Shown: positions 24,517 to 33,964, counted from the first letter of the stretch. The stretch: 43,817 nucleotides of DNA from a virus (IMGVR_UViG_3300037458_001029:1-43817), one strand, 5' to 3'. Notes: a model not told the origin generated them from the letters alone. Numbers and translations are program-made.

Positions 24517-24786
24517 ATGCTCGACCCCAACGTCAACGGCTTTTTGTTGTGGACCATCTCCCAGTACGTGCAAGACCAGGAGGTGGAATACGGCCAGACC
24601 CGCGCGCAAGCCCTGGACCGGGTGGCGGCAACCGGGGTCAAGTCCGGCAACTTCACGCGGGAAGATGTGGATCTGGCGTGTGCGCTCTATCCGGGGCGGG
24701 AGATGCCAGACGAGGGCATCTTCCCAATCCCTGATGATGATCACCGCAAGATTCAGGACCTGGATTTGATGCTGGACGGCGGTTGA
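24517..24786 (+). CDS. Hypothetical acidic protein (moron-like)
   Basis: GGAGGA RBS before ATG at 24517. Confidence 0.6.
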   Translation: MLDPNVNGFLLWTISQYVQDQEVEYGQTRAQALDRVAATGVKSGNFTREDVDLACALYPGREMPDEGIFPIPDDDHRKIQDLDLMLDGG

Positions 24787-24793
24787 GGGCGGG

Positions 24794-24821
24794 AAAAACT
24801 AAAGCCCGTGCAAGGCGGGCT
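24794..24821 (-). terminator. Terminator of the leftward cassette
   Basis: AGCCCG/CGGGCT hairpin followed by TTTAGTTTTT on the minus strand. Confidence 0.6.
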
Positions 24822-24855
24822 GTGGTCGTGCGGGGTGGGTGTTGCCTGATTGGCG

Positions 24856-25047
24856 TTAGCGTTCCTGCTCGGGTTCTTGCCCGAGGATGTCACGCAACTG
24901 CTCGATGATGCGCGCCAGTTCGGCAGCGTGGCCCCAGGCCAGATTCGGACTTTCCGGTTCGGGATAGTCCTGAATCAGGTCGGTGACCTGCGCCGCCAAA
25001 GCGATGGCGGTCATGTGCAGGTCGACGTAGTGGTCTTGCAGGTTCAT
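24856..25047 (-). CDS. Hypothetical small helical protein
   Basis: AGGGGAG RBS before MNLQDHYVD; own promoter upstream. Confidence 0.6.
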   Translation of the reverse strand: MNLQDHYVDLHMTAIALAAQVTDLIQDYPEPESPNLAWGHAAELARIIEQLRDILGQEPEQER

Positions 25048-25102
25048 GGTGGCTCCCCTTGGTTGGGTGGTCGGGTGGCGCCCCTCGCGCCCCACGTTGA
25101 GT

Positions 25103-25137
25103 ACAGTATGGCGAATTGTTTTCGTGTAGCAAGTTAA
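25103..25137 (-). promoter_or_regulatory. Leftward promoter, copy A
   Basis: Minus strand TTAACTTGCT-N12-TTCGCCATACTGT, same blocks and spacing as 27122-27156. Confidence 0.65.
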
Positions 25138-25180
25138 AAGCGAAGATAAAGCAACAACTTCTGACTTGCGCCATCCCCGG

Positions 25181-25519
25181 TCAGTATCCCGCCGCCTCGG
25201 CCTGGTAATCCCGCTGCCAGGCGTCCCGCCGCTGCCACACCGGGTAAATGATACCGTCCATCTCCCGCCCGTCGTGCAGGTGGGTCAGGTCCGCCGATAG
25301 CTCACCACCCTCGCGCAGCCGACCGTCGCAATCGACCCCGTCGGAACACCATTCCAGCCGGACCTGATCGCCCTCGTGGGACCAATGGCGGGCCTCCGCG
25401 TCCCAGCCTTCGTCCGTGCGCCCATACCGGGACCACAGCAGGGTCTGGCCGGGACGCAGGGTGAGTTTCACCGGGTTGCCGTTCAGGTAAACCCAAAAGC
25501 GCGCGTTGCGGGTGGTCAT
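25181..25519 (-). CDS. Hypothetical protein
   Basis: ATGA-coupled with RBS; ends RDYQAEAAGY. Confidence 0.65.
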   Translation of the reverse strand: MTTRNARFWVYLNGNPVKLTLRPGQTLLWSRYGRTDEGWDAEARHWSHEGDQVRLEWCSDGVDCDGRLREGGELSADLTHLHDGREMDGIIYPVWQRRDAWQRDYQAEAAGY

Positions 25520-25779
25520 GCTTCGTCCTCCTCTTCGTCGCCGGCTAACGTGTTGACCAAAAGGTTCAACGCCAAGCGTGCAACCCCTATCTCGGTCTTA
25601 GGCCCGGCGTTGGTGAAGTACGTGTGATTGGCGTCTGGTTTGAGCCGCAGGAAGTGAATCAGCTTCTTGCCAAACGCCAGGCTGAGATCGAAATCAGATT
25701 CGATGTCGCCCTGGTTCATCAAAGGGTCGGTTAAAGGCATCAGCGCAGCCAGCAGCGCGTAGCGTTCTTGTGAGGTCAT
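25516..25779 (-). CDS. Hypothetical protein
   Basis: GGAGGG RBS; member of the operon chain. Confidence 0.55.
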   Translation of the reverse strand: MTSQERYALLAALMPLTDPLMNQGDIESDFDLSLAFGKKLIHFLRLKPDANHTYFTNAGPKTEIGVARLALNLLVNTLAGDEEEDEA

Positions 25780-25782
25780 GGT

Positions 25783-26097
25783 CTAGCCCTCCAGGGTATC
25801 GAGTTGGGTGCGGGTCGCCAGTAGGGCCTGGCGTTCGGCCTCCAGGGCGGCCTCCAGGGCAGCGACGGCGCGCTCCTGGTCGCGGGCGACCGTGGCCAGG
25901 GCCTGCTTGGCGGGGGCGGTGGTGGGCGTCTGTTGGGCGGCAGTGAGGATGGCTTGCAGGGCCAACTCCGGGATGCCGGCCTTTCCTGCCAGCCAATACT
26001 GCACCGTGCGGCGACTGACCCCGCAGAGGTCCGCCACCGCTTGGCTGCTCAGCCCGCCGCGCGCCATCGCGGCGCGCAAGGTGTCGCGGGCGTCCAT
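25783..26097 (-). CDS. HTH and coiled-coil regulator
   Basis: GLSSQAVADLCGVSRRTVQYWLAG. Confidence 0.75.
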   Translation of the reverse strand: MDARDTLRAAMARGGLSSQAVADLCGVSRRTVQYWLAGKAGIPELALQAILTAAQQTPTTAPAKQALATVARDQERAVAALEAALEAERQALLATRTQLDTLEG

Positions 26098-26099
26098 GA

Positions 26100-27068
26100 T
26101 CAGGCCGCCAGTTGGGTGCAGACGCGCCAGGCTTTGCGCTTGATCGCCTCGCCCGGACCCATCCAGGCCGAGGTCAGGCGCGCGCCCGGTTTGCGTTCGC
26201 CGACGTAGTGGTCGATGTGCTCGGTCACCGCGTTCAGCAGCCCCCAGGCGGTGCCGTCAGCCGCCGGGAAGGTGCTGCCGCGCCCGTTGCCGTTGAAGAG
26301 CGCCACCACGTTGTTCATGGCCTTCTTGTGGCGCTGCTGCTCCAGGTCCTTGTCCGGGTCGCCGAAGATGGCCAGCACCGCCTCCTTGACATCGAGGTCC
26401 TTGAGCTTGGTCTTGGCCATCGCGCGGGCGATGTCGCCAAACTCGTCCCAGGTGTTGTCGACCAGCCCCAGGTTGGTCTTGACGTCGTTGGCGTCAAAGC
26501 GCGTGTTGTGGCGGGTGACGATCAGGTTGGCGGCCTCGCGGTGCAGGGCCAGGCTGAGGGTGTTCCAGCACACCGCCCGCACGTTGGTCAGGGTGGCGCG
26601 GGTCGCCATCAGGCTGTCGCAGGAGGTCATCAGCAAGGCGTATTGGCGGTTCACGTCATTGCCCAGGGCCAGGTCGCGCCCGGTCTTGGCCAAGGCCCAC
26701 ACCACCGCGCCCTCTTTCAGGCTGCCGGCGGTTTCCATGGCGAAGCCGTGGTCGTCAATCAGGTCGCGGAAAAACTCCAGCACCTCGCGGGGCTGCACCG
26801 CCCGGTAGCTGTCGCTGACCACCGCCAGCGGCGCCTGGGTGTCGGAGCGGTAGATAACCTGGCGCCGGGGGAAGGGCAGGGCCTCGGCGTCGGGGTCAAT
26901 GCGGAACTGCACCGGCGCGCCCAGGTACTGGAAGTCGAGCCCGGCCTCAATGCGCCAGGTCTCCAGGGGGGTGGCGGGGTCGAGCTGTTTGCCCAGGCCA
27001 TGCCAGGGCTTCTGTCCAACGTAGGCGATGTTGGCGCGGTTGTTGCTCATGTCGATCAGGGCTGCCAT
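26100..27068 (-). CDS. DUF932-family phage/plasmid protein
   Basis: PWHGLG..AGLDF..Y..VQP..ETAGSL..VRAVCWNTL..RH..GTAWGLLNAVTE; GGAG RBS before ATG at 27068. Confidence 0.85.
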   Translation of the reverse strand: MAALIDMSNNRANIAYVGQKPWHGLGKQLDPATPLETWRIEAGLDFQYLGAPVQFRIDPDAEALPFPRRQVIYRSDTQAPLAVVSDSYRAVQPREVLEFFRDLIDDHGFAMETAGSLKEGAVVWALAKTGRDLALGNDVNRQYALLMTSCDSLMATRATLTNVRAVCWNTLSLALHREAANLIVTRHNTRFDANDVKTNLGLVDNTWDEFGDIARAMAKTKLKDLDVKEAVLAIFGDPDKDLEQQRHKKAMNNVVALFNGNGRGSTFPAADGTAWGLLNAVTEHIDHYVGERKPGARLTSAWMGPGEAIKRKAWRVCTQLAA

Positions 27069-27121
27069 CGGAAATCTCCAGGTTGGCCAGTGGATTGCGC
27101 CCAATGCGCGTCCCGTTGGAG

Positions 27122-27156
27122 ACAGTATGGCGAAAACACTTCTCTAAGCAAGTTAA
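27122..27156 (-). promoter_or_regulatory. Leftward promoter, copy B
   Basis: Minus strand TTAACTTGCT-N12-TTCGCCATACTGT. Confidence 0.65.
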
Positions 27157-27202
27157 TTGTGAAAAAACTTCTCTGGGACAAGCCGTTGCGTTCTTGGGGC
27201 CT

Positions 27203-27218
27203 GTCGTGACTCCACACT
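27203..27218 (+). promoter_or_regulatory. Candidate late promoter, copy 2
   Basis: GTCGTGAC-TC-CACACT before the holin-like gene. Confidence 0.65.
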
Positions 27219-27253
27219 GCCCGCAGTTCCAACAACCGATCCGGTGAGGTGAC

Positions 27254-27793
27254 ATGGCTGGGTTCCTTCATCTTGTGCGCGCCCTGCGCTATGGCGCCGA
27301 ACTGCGCCAGGCCGAGGTGTGGAAAAACCGCGCCACGGCCCTGGCCGCTGTGACCGGTCTGCTGTCGGCCCTGGTCGGCCTGGCGGTCACGCGCGGTTGG
27401 ATGCAGGAGATCGACCCGCAGACCATCATGGAAGTGGCCAGCGCCCTGGTGACGCTGGTCAGCGCCGTGCTGGCATACCTGCAGGTCGCCACCAGTGCGC
27501 GGGTGGGGGTCGGCAAGACCGCTGCCCAGGCAGTGCCGCCGGTGATCGAGGCGCCGGCACCCCAGCCGTTTCTGGTGCCTGAACCGCCGCCGGAGCGGGT
27601 GGCCGAGGAGGATGCTGACGCTATTCCTGCTGTGCGCGCTGCCCGGCTGCACGCCCTGGAGGCCGCCTTTGGCGATCCGGACCCGTATCGTGACGCCACT
27701 CGGCACCCTGAACCTGGGTCAGTGCCGCCCCCAAGTCCTCGGCAGCGCCGAGACGGCACTGACCTGGATACAAACCCATTTATTTTCTCCTGA
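27254..27793 (+). CDS. Holin-like membrane protein (2 TM segments, Pro-rich tail)
   Basis: Two hydrophobic helices; GAGGTGA RBS; function inferred. Confidence 0.5.
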   Translation: MAGFLHLVRALRYGAELRQAEVWKNRATALAAVTGLLSALVGLAVTRGWMQEIDPQTIMEVASALVTLVSAVLAYLQVATSARVGVGKTAAQAVPPVIEAPAPQPFLVPEPPPERVAEEDADAIPAVRAARLHALEAAFGDPDPYRDATRHPEPGSVPPPSPRQRRDGTDLDTNPFIFS

Positions 27794-27830
27794 TGCTCTG
27801 CGCCCTGGGCTCCGTTGCCCCCTGGACTGA
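27612..27830 (+). CDS. Possible small lipoprotein overlapping the holin-like gene
   Basis: MLTLFLLCALPG-C lipobox-like signal; Pro-rich mature part. Confidence 0.3.
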   Translation: MLTLFLLCALPGCTPWRPPLAIRTRIVTPLGTLNLGQCRPQVLGSAETALTWIQTHLFSPDALRPGLRCPLD

Positions 27831-27994
27831 GCACCCCGAACCTGGCGCCGAGGTCCCCCCTGGGGAGTGCGGCGACGCGCAAGCCGGCGAGTGCGCGACA
27901 CCCTCAACCCCGGCACCAGGGGCCTGATGTTTGTGCTCCAGTCGTTCATGTCGACTGAGTCCTCCGCACGGGTGACCCTGGCTTGATTGCGCCT

Positions 27995-29497
27995 TTAACG
28001 TCGCCAGACCCAGCGGGTTTTGCCGGCATCCCAAACACGCAAGACACCAGCTAGGTCCTGCATCTCCCGCTCGGTACGCGGGTCAGTGGCAGGGTTAAAG
28101 GCGTCTGGTTTCTGAAGCTCGCGCAGCCTGGCGGGGATGCTTTTTCGTTGCCACAGGCTTTTATGCCAAGTGCGCAGGCTTGAAGGATGAACCACTCGAT
28201 AGTCGGCTGGGATTTCGCCGTCATGGGTAAAACCAAGACGGGGGTACAGCGCCCCTGAAAAGTGCTGATGGTCAGAAAATGACCACACGACATCGGGGTG
28301 GTATTGAGCGATAAAGGCGTGAAACAGGCGATTTGCCCCGCCGGGGACCAGTGCGGCAGTTGCATAGCGGGCCAGCTCCCATTCCCCTTCAGCGGTTTTG
28401 CCGCGCCGGGTCGCCCCCTGGGTAAAGCTCATGGCAGCCAGCAAGCGCCCATCTATCGCAAGCCCTAGATGTATTACGCCTCCGCGTACAGCACCTTGCA
28501 GGTGATGCTGCTGGTAAAGTTGCTGTGCTGATGGTGCGGATAGGGTCACAACATTGCAGGTGCGAGCACCGTAACGGATGCCTTCCGTAAGACCAAGAGC
28601 GTGGCGTAAGTGCTGTTGAACCACCTCCTGGCGATGACGCCAATCGTAATCCCAAACGGTAATAAGCCGTACCCCGGCCTTGCGCGCTTGCCGATGTTTA
28701 AATTCGTGTTGCCGCGTGTTTTTTTGATATTTGTCTGAGTGCCAATAACAACCATTGAATTCTATTCCTACCTTGTGTTCTGGTAGATAGATGTCAATTT
28801 CCATCGGCAAGGGCAAAAGGTCGCGGCGGTTGCGCGCAAGCTGAAAACCCAAGCTTTTAATCCAGGCAGCTACTTCCTGCTCACCCTGGCTTGTGGTGGC
28901 TTCATACCAGCAATAGCGACATCCGCGTCCGATTAAATGCGCTTCAGCAACTTGTTCGAAATCGCCGTGCACCGGGCAAGTAATAATGAGTTTGTCTTTT
29001 ATCAGGGAGAAATGGGTTCGGTCGTAAGTATAACGGCCACCATGGACTGTGCTGGCCTGAGCCACAAAATCAGCAGTCGAGCGACTCTTGCCTGCGCATT
29101 TAGGGCAGCCTGCTTGACGAGAAAGATGGGCGTTTGGCGTTTGCCAGAAGGCTCCATGCTCGCGACAAATAATTTCTACCTTGCGGTTGGAGCGATGATA
29201 AAGAACGCGGGAATAATCGAAGGTGTCGCCATGGATGGTGCGGGCTTTGGCTATAAAGGCGTCAGTATCGTCGCTGCACCGTTTGCTGGTAGCTTCTGAT
29301 TTGCATCGCGGGCAACCATGTCCGTCCATGTGATGCGCGGGACGCTGCTGAAATGGGCCGTGTTCACGGCAGAGGATGGTTATAGGTGTGAGGTTGTTGC
29401 AATAAATTGATTGCTCGTAACTATATTTTTCAGGGGTCGCCGCATGCGCTTGGATAGCACGCTCAATAAATTGTTCGCGGGTTAATTTGGCTGGCAT
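27995..29497 (-). CDS. Free-standing homing-endonuclease-like protein (Zn-ribbon repeats, PD-(D/E)xK domain, Hef-like C-terminus)
   Basis: Three I.C..HG.F...H..G.GC..C repeats; EIDIYLP..GIEFNGCYWHS; ELARYA..GGA.RL..SFSD; antisense to neighbours and lower GC. Confidence 0.75.
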   Translation of the reverse strand: MPAKLTREQFIERAIQAHAATPEKYSYEQSIYCNNLTPITILCREHGPFQQRPAHHMDGHGCPRCKSEATSKRCSDDTDAFIAKARTIHGDTFDYSRVLYHRSNRKVEIICREHGAFWQTPNAHLSRQAGCPKCAGKSRSTADFVAQASTVHGGRYTYDRTHFSLIKDKLIITCPVHGDFEQVAEAHLIGRGCRYCWYEATTSQGEQEVAAWIKSLGFQLARNRRDLLPLPMEIDIYLPEHKVGIEFNGCYWHSDKYQKNTRQHEFKHRQARKAGVRLITVWDYDWRHRQEVVQQHLRHALGLTEGIRYGARTCNVVTLSAPSAQQLYQQHHLQGAVRGGVIHLGLAIDGRLLAAMSFTQGATRRGKTAEGEWELARYATAALVPGGANRLFHAFIAQYHPDVVWSFSDHQHFSGALYPRLGFTHDGEIPADYRVVHPSSLRTWHKSLWQRKSIPARLRELQKPDAFNPATDPRTEREMQDLAGVLRVWDAGKTRWVWRR

Positions 29498-29564
29498 AGG
29501 TTCCTCCGCATTTTGCTAAGTGGATTATATGACAGTAGCCATAATTAGCCAGCTTGTTTAAGCA

Positions 29565-29580
29565 GTCGTGACGCCAGACT
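29565..29580 (+). promoter_or_regulatory. Candidate late promoter, copy 3
   Basis: GTCGTGAC-GC-CAGACT before the portal. Confidence 0.65.
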
Positions 29581-29648
29581 AGGCGCATGCCCCCTGTACT
29601 TGCCGTCGCTGTGCTTGCACCCCAGGCCGCCCTCGGAGATCGCCGCCC

Positions 29649-31562
29649 ATGAGTTCCGCCAGCCAGGTCGCGTTTGACCCCCAAGCCCCCGCCGACGAGC
29701 GGCACGGTGCCCAGCTTGAGATGACCCAGGCCGCCATGCCCGGCCTGTCTGACCTGATCCCCCGCGAAGACCTGCGGCCCATCATCGATTACATCCAGGA
29801 GCAGTACGAAGAAGCGCGCCTGGCCAAGGCCGCCCAGATCATCCCCTTCCCCGGACGACCGACCAACCGCAAACGCGGCATGCAGTCGGTGTATCTCGAC
29901 GGGCTGCAAGTGTTCGCCCACGGCGATTACTTCGAGCGCCCGTCCCCCATCGGCTACGAGGCGTTACGCCAAATGGTCGACCAGACCCCGATCCTGTCCG
30001 CCGTAATTTTGACCCGCGTGCGCCAGGTCCACCGCTTTGCCAGCCCCCAGGACGACGATGGGCCGGGCTTCATCATCACGCACATCGACCCCGACCACAC
30101 GCTCTCCCAGCAGGAGCAGGACAGCGTGCGCCTGCTGTCCAAGTTCATCCAGCATTGCGGGTGGGAGTTCAATCCCCGGCGACGCAAGGCGCTCAAGCGG
30201 GACAACTTCTCGCAGTTTCTGGCCAAGCTGGTGCGCGAATCCCTGGTGTACGACAGCGCCCCGATTGAGACGGAACTGAAGCGCAACCGGCGCGAGGGCA
30301 TCGACGGCTTTTATGCCCTGGATGGCTCCACCATCCGGCTGTGCACCGAGGAGGGCTATCGCGGCGACGACCAGGTTTTTGCCGTGCAGGTGGTGGAGGG
30401 GCAGATCGTCACAGCCTACACCACGGACGATTTGATCTACGAGCCGCGCAATCCGCGCGCCGATGTGCGTCTGGCCGGCTATGGGCTGGGCGAGACGGAA
30501 TTGCTTATCCGGGTGGTGACCGGCTGGCTCAATGCCATGACCTACAACATCAAGGGCTTCGATTCCAACTCGATCCCCAAGGGCATCCTCAACCTGGTGG
30601 GCGAGTACAGCCAGGAGGACATGAGCGCCTTCCGGCGGTATTGGAATGCCATGGTGCGCGGGGTCAACAACGCCTGGGCGCTGCCGGTGATGGCCTCGCG
30701 CACCGCTGAGTCGAAGGTGACCTACGAGCGCATCGACAACGGCTTCAACGAGATGTATTTCACCAAGTGGATGACGTTCCTGACATCCATTGTGTGCGCC
30801 ATCTACGGCATGTCCCCGGCGGAGATCAACTTCGACAGTTTCACCGCCGGCAACACCAGCGCCCTGTCAGGGTCCGACACCGCCGAGAAGATGGCGGCGA
30901 GCAAGGATTCCGGCCTGCGGCCCCTGATGGCGTATCTGGAGAGCACGATCAGCGACTTCATCGTCGCCGACTTCAGTGACCACTATGTGTTCCGCTGGGC
31001 GGGGCTGGACGAGGAGGACCAGCAGCAGAAATTCGAGACGCGGAAGCTGGTGCTGACGGTCAACGAGATGCGTGCCCAGGAGGGCATCCCGCCCCTGGAC
31101 GGACCCCTGGGCGACGCCCCCGTCAATCCCAGCCTGGTCGGTCCCTGGCTGCAGTTCAATCAGCCCCCGGCCCCCGCTGGTGCGGACATGGGCAGTGCGC
31201 CCGGCGCGCCCGGTGGTGACGCCCCGGGTGGCCCCGCGCCGGAGGAACAAGGCGGCCCGGCCCTGGACGAAAGCCAGGAGGCGCCCCAGGAGGGCGACAC
31301 GGGCGACGCGGAGGCGCAGACGGATGATGACCAGGCCCCGGCCCCGGAGGGCGACAACGCGGCCCTGGCGCGGCAGATGGTGGCCGAGATGGCGGGCAAA
31401 GACTTCGGCAAGGCCCTCGGGCCGGGAGACGGGCATGCGGTTACCGGCCTGGATGGAGCGCCTGGCGGCGCAATGCACACCGGAGGAGTTGGCGCGCCTG
31501 GAACGCTGTCTGGCGACGCCTTCGGCAGCGTCATCCCCGCCATCTGGCGCCTTGACGGCTGA
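29649..31562 (+). CDS. Portal protein (SPO1/Twort-like)
   Basis: AVILTR..FLAKLVRESLVYD..DGSTIR..RNPR..GYG..E..PKGIL..SPAEIN..SKDSGLRPL..TVNEMRA; acidic low-complexity tail. Confidence 0.9.
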   Translation: MSSASQVAFDPQAPADERHGAQLEMTQAAMPGLSDLIPREDLRPIIDYIQEQYEEARLAKAAQIIPFPGRPTNRKRGMQSVYLDGLQVFAHGDYFERPSPIGYEALRQMVDQTPILSAVILTRVRQVHRFASPQDDDGPGFIITHIDPDHTLSQQEQDSVRLLSKFIQHCGWEFNPRRRKALKRDNFSQFLAKLVRESLVYDSAPIETELKRNRREGIDGFYALDGSTIRLCTEEGYRGDDQVFAVQVVEGQIVTAYTTDDLIYEPRNPRADVRLAGYGLGETELLIRVVTGWLNAMTYNIKGFDSNSIPKGILNLVGEYSQEDMSAFRRYWNAMVRGVNNAWALPVMASRTAESKVTYERIDNGFNEMYFTKWMTFLTSIVCAIYGMSPAEINFDSFTAGNTSALSGSDTAEKMAASKDSGLRPLMAYLESTISDFIVADFSDHYVFRWAGLDEEDQQQKFETRKLVLTVNEMRAQEGIPPLDGPLGDAPVNPSLVGPWLQFNQPPAPAGADMGSAPGAPGGDAPGGPAPEEQGGPALDESQEAPQEGDTGDAEAQTDDDQAPAPEGDNAALARQMVAEMAGKDFGKALGPGDGHAVTGLDGAPGGAMHTGGVGAPGTLSGDAFGSVIPAIWRLDG

Positions 31563-31838
31563 GCCGTCATGTCATCACGCCTGGGAAACCTGGCCGGACG
31601 GGCAGGTGCGGTGCTTTGAGTTCGACGCCGTCCGTGACGCGTGATGGCGGCGGTTGGGTTTCAAGTCCAGGGAGCTAATTCACCCAATTACCTCCCTTGA
31701 AATAAATCGGGGGTTTATTTCTACCGATAAAGACCAGGGTTTTTCTCGGGTGGCGGCGGGCCTTAAGACGCTCGTCCCGGAAAAGCGCAACCATTTCACA
31801 ACCCCTTGTCCGCAAACGAAAATATCTGTTCAGGTAAC

Positions 31839-31867
31839 TTGCAATCTGTGCGCGCTTAGGCGTTACT
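31839..31867 (+). promoter_or_regulatory. Possible sigma70 promoter of the amidoligase cassette
   Basis: TTGCAA, 17 bp, GTTACT within an AT-rich spacer. Confidence 0.35.
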
Positions 31868-31924
31868 GTGTGTGACGGAAGGGATTTTCCCTTGCCATTT
31901 AACCACATAACCGGGAGGAGCGAC

Positions 31925-32839
31925 ATGAACCTGCAAGACCTGAAATTCGGCATCGAGATCGAGACCGTCGGCCAAACGAGAGCCATGGTGGCTGAGGCCA
32001 TTCAGTTCGTGGTCGGCGGCATCATTACCAGCGAGAACGCTGGCTATAATGGGCCAACCTACGTCGTCACTGACCTGGCGGGGCGCTATTGGAAGGTGGT
32101 CCACGACGGTAGCTTGAGCAACGTCCCTTGCCATCTCCGCGCCGAGGTGGTCAGCCCGGTACTAACCTACGCCGACCTAGATCAACTGCAGGAGGTGGTG
32201 CGCAGCCTTCGCACTGTCCGCGCCAATGTCGACGCCAAGTGCGGCATCCACATCCACGTCGACGCCGCGCCCTTTGATGCCAAGCAACTCTGCAACCTGG
32301 CCAAGCTGGTCTATAAGCAGGAGCCGCTGATCCTACATGCCCTGGGCATCAGCCCCGAGCGCCTGCGCAACTACACTAAGCCCATTGACCCGGCCTTCAT
32401 CGCCAAGCTGGAACAGCAGCGCCCGCGCACCAAGGAGGACTTAAGCATCCTCTGGTATGGGCGCGCCAACACCAGCCCAACCCACTATGACCAGACCCGC
32501 TACCATGGGGTCAACCTGCACAACGTCTGGTACCGGGGCACGGTCGAGTTCCGCTGGTTCGAGGCCACCCTGCATGCCGGCAAGATCAAGAGCTACGTGC
32601 AACTGGTCCTGGCCATCGCCGCCAAGGCCCTGAATGCCCGCTCGGCGGCCAGCGCCAAGCGCGAATTCGACCCGGCCAGCGCCAAGTACGACCTGCGGGT
32701 GTTCCTGCTGCGGCTTGGCATGATCGGCGACGAGTTCAAAACCGCGCGCAAGTTCCTGCTGGAGAACATGCCCGGCAATGGCGCCTGGAAGCACGGGCGG
32801 CCCCAGACCACCACCCAGGCCCCGGCCCTGGCCGCTTAA
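31925..32839 (+). CDS. Putative COOH-NH2 ligase (Amidoligase_2)
   Basis: [42 protein letters not shown]; GGGAGGAG RBS. Confidence 0.88.
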   Translation: MNLQDLKFGIEIETVGQTRAMVAEAIQFVVGGIITSENAGYNGPTYVVTDLAGRYWKVVHDGSLSNVPCHLRAEVVSPVLTYADLDQLQEVVRSLRTVRANVDAKCGIHIHVDAAPFDAKQLCNLAKLVYKQEPLILHALGISPERLRNYTKPIDPAFIAKLEQQRPRTKEDLSILWYGRANTSPTHYDQTRYHGVNLHNVWYRGTVEFRWFEATLHAGKIKSYVQLVLAIAAKALNARSAASAKREFDPASAKYDLRVFLLRLGMIGDEFKTARKFLLENMPGNGAWKHGRPQTTTQAPALAA

Positions 32840-32852
32840 GGAGGACACCCCG

Positions 32853-33182
32853 ATGAAGGTTGTGATTCACGACACCACCCTGGAAGGCAAGCCCCTGGAA
32901 GCGTCCGGCGAGGTGTTCGTCGGGCGCGACAGCCTGACGATTGTCGAGCAGATGCGCGGCCAGACGCCTTTCACTAGCGCCCTGACGCCGCGCGTCTACA
33001 TGACCGAGGTGCTGGCCAGCTTTGAGGGCGACGACCTGAAGCCCTTGCCCGTGGGCATCGACCGCGCCGCTGATGCCTTCCTGACCCGGTTAGCGGCGAT
33101 GGGGCTGGTGAGCTTCCTCCCCGACGACAAGTCGCTGGACTTCAAGGTTTATGAGGAGGGCGAGCCATGTGCGGACAAGTAG
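32853..33182 (+). CDS. Hypothetical protein in the amidoligase cassette
   Basis: AAGGAGG RBS; overlaps the GATase start. Confidence 0.7.
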   Translation: MKVVIHDTTLEGKPLEASGEVFVGRDSLTIVEQMRGQTPFTSALTPRVYMTEVLASFEGDDLKPLPVGIDRAADAFLTRLAAMGLVSFLPDDKSLDFKVYEEGEPCADK

Positions 33183-33964
33183 GGCTGATCCTCGGGCGCA
33201 AGCGGCGCACACAGGCGGACCTGGCCGACCTGCGCATTTTGTTTGAACTGCTGCTGCTGCATAGCGAGGTGCGCGGTCCCCATGCCACCGGGGTTGCCTG
33301 GCTGAAGGTCAACGGTGACTATCGGCTGTTCAAGGAGCCGCAACCGGCCCATGTGCTGGTCGACCGGGACCCCTTCCGCCAGGTATTGGATGAGGTGGAT
33401 AGCAAGACCACGGTGCTGATGGGCCATACCCGCTGGAGCACGCGCGGTGACCCGGCCAACAACCGCAACAACCATCCCCTGCGCACCGGGGTGGTCATCG
33501 GCACCCACAACGGCACCATCTACAACGCCGACTACCTGTTTCGGCGCTTCGGACTGCCGCGTCACGCCGAGGTGGATAGCGAGGTGCTGTTCCGGATGGC
33601 GGATCGCCACACCCCGGAGGACGCCATCGACCCGGTGGGCTTGGCCAAGGGGTTGAAGCTATTTCGCGGGCAGATCAGTGCAGTCATGGCCTCGACCCGC
33701 GACCCGACCACCATTCTGGTGCTCAAGGGCAACAAGCCGCTGTCCCTGTGCCTGCATCGGCAACGGCGGGTGGTGGCCTACGCCAGCGAGGCGCGTTTTC
33801 TGGCGGCGGCCCTGGGCGACGAGCTGGGGTGGCGTTACCTGGATGTGCCGGAGATGACCTTGCTGACCCTGCGCCACGACGGCGCTTGGGCGGTCGAGAT
33901 GCAACCGCTGGAGTTTGTCACCCAGGAGCGGCCCGGTACCTTGCCGTTGGGAGTAGCCGCATGA
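33167..33964 (+). CDS. Class II (Ntn) glutamine amidotransferase
   Basis: MCG N-terminus, RGPHATG, GHTRWST, NNHP, HNGTI and VDSE motifs. Confidence 0.9.
   Translation: MCGQVGLILGRKRRTQADLADLRILFELLLLHSEVRGPHATGVAWLKVNGDYRLFKEPQPAHVLVDRDPFRQVLDEVDSKTTVLMGHTRWSTRGDPANNRNNHPLRTGVVIGTHNGTIYNADYLFRRFGLPRHAEVDSEVLFRMADRHTPEDAIDPVGLAKGLKLFRGQISAVMASTRDPTTILVLKGNKPLSLCLHRQRRVVAYASEARFLAAALGDELGWRYLDVPEMTLLTLRHDGAWAVEMQPLEFVTQERPGTLPLGVAA

Noticed and set aside
26112-27209. 365-aa plus-strand ORF
   Set aside because: Antisense shadow of the DUF932 gene.
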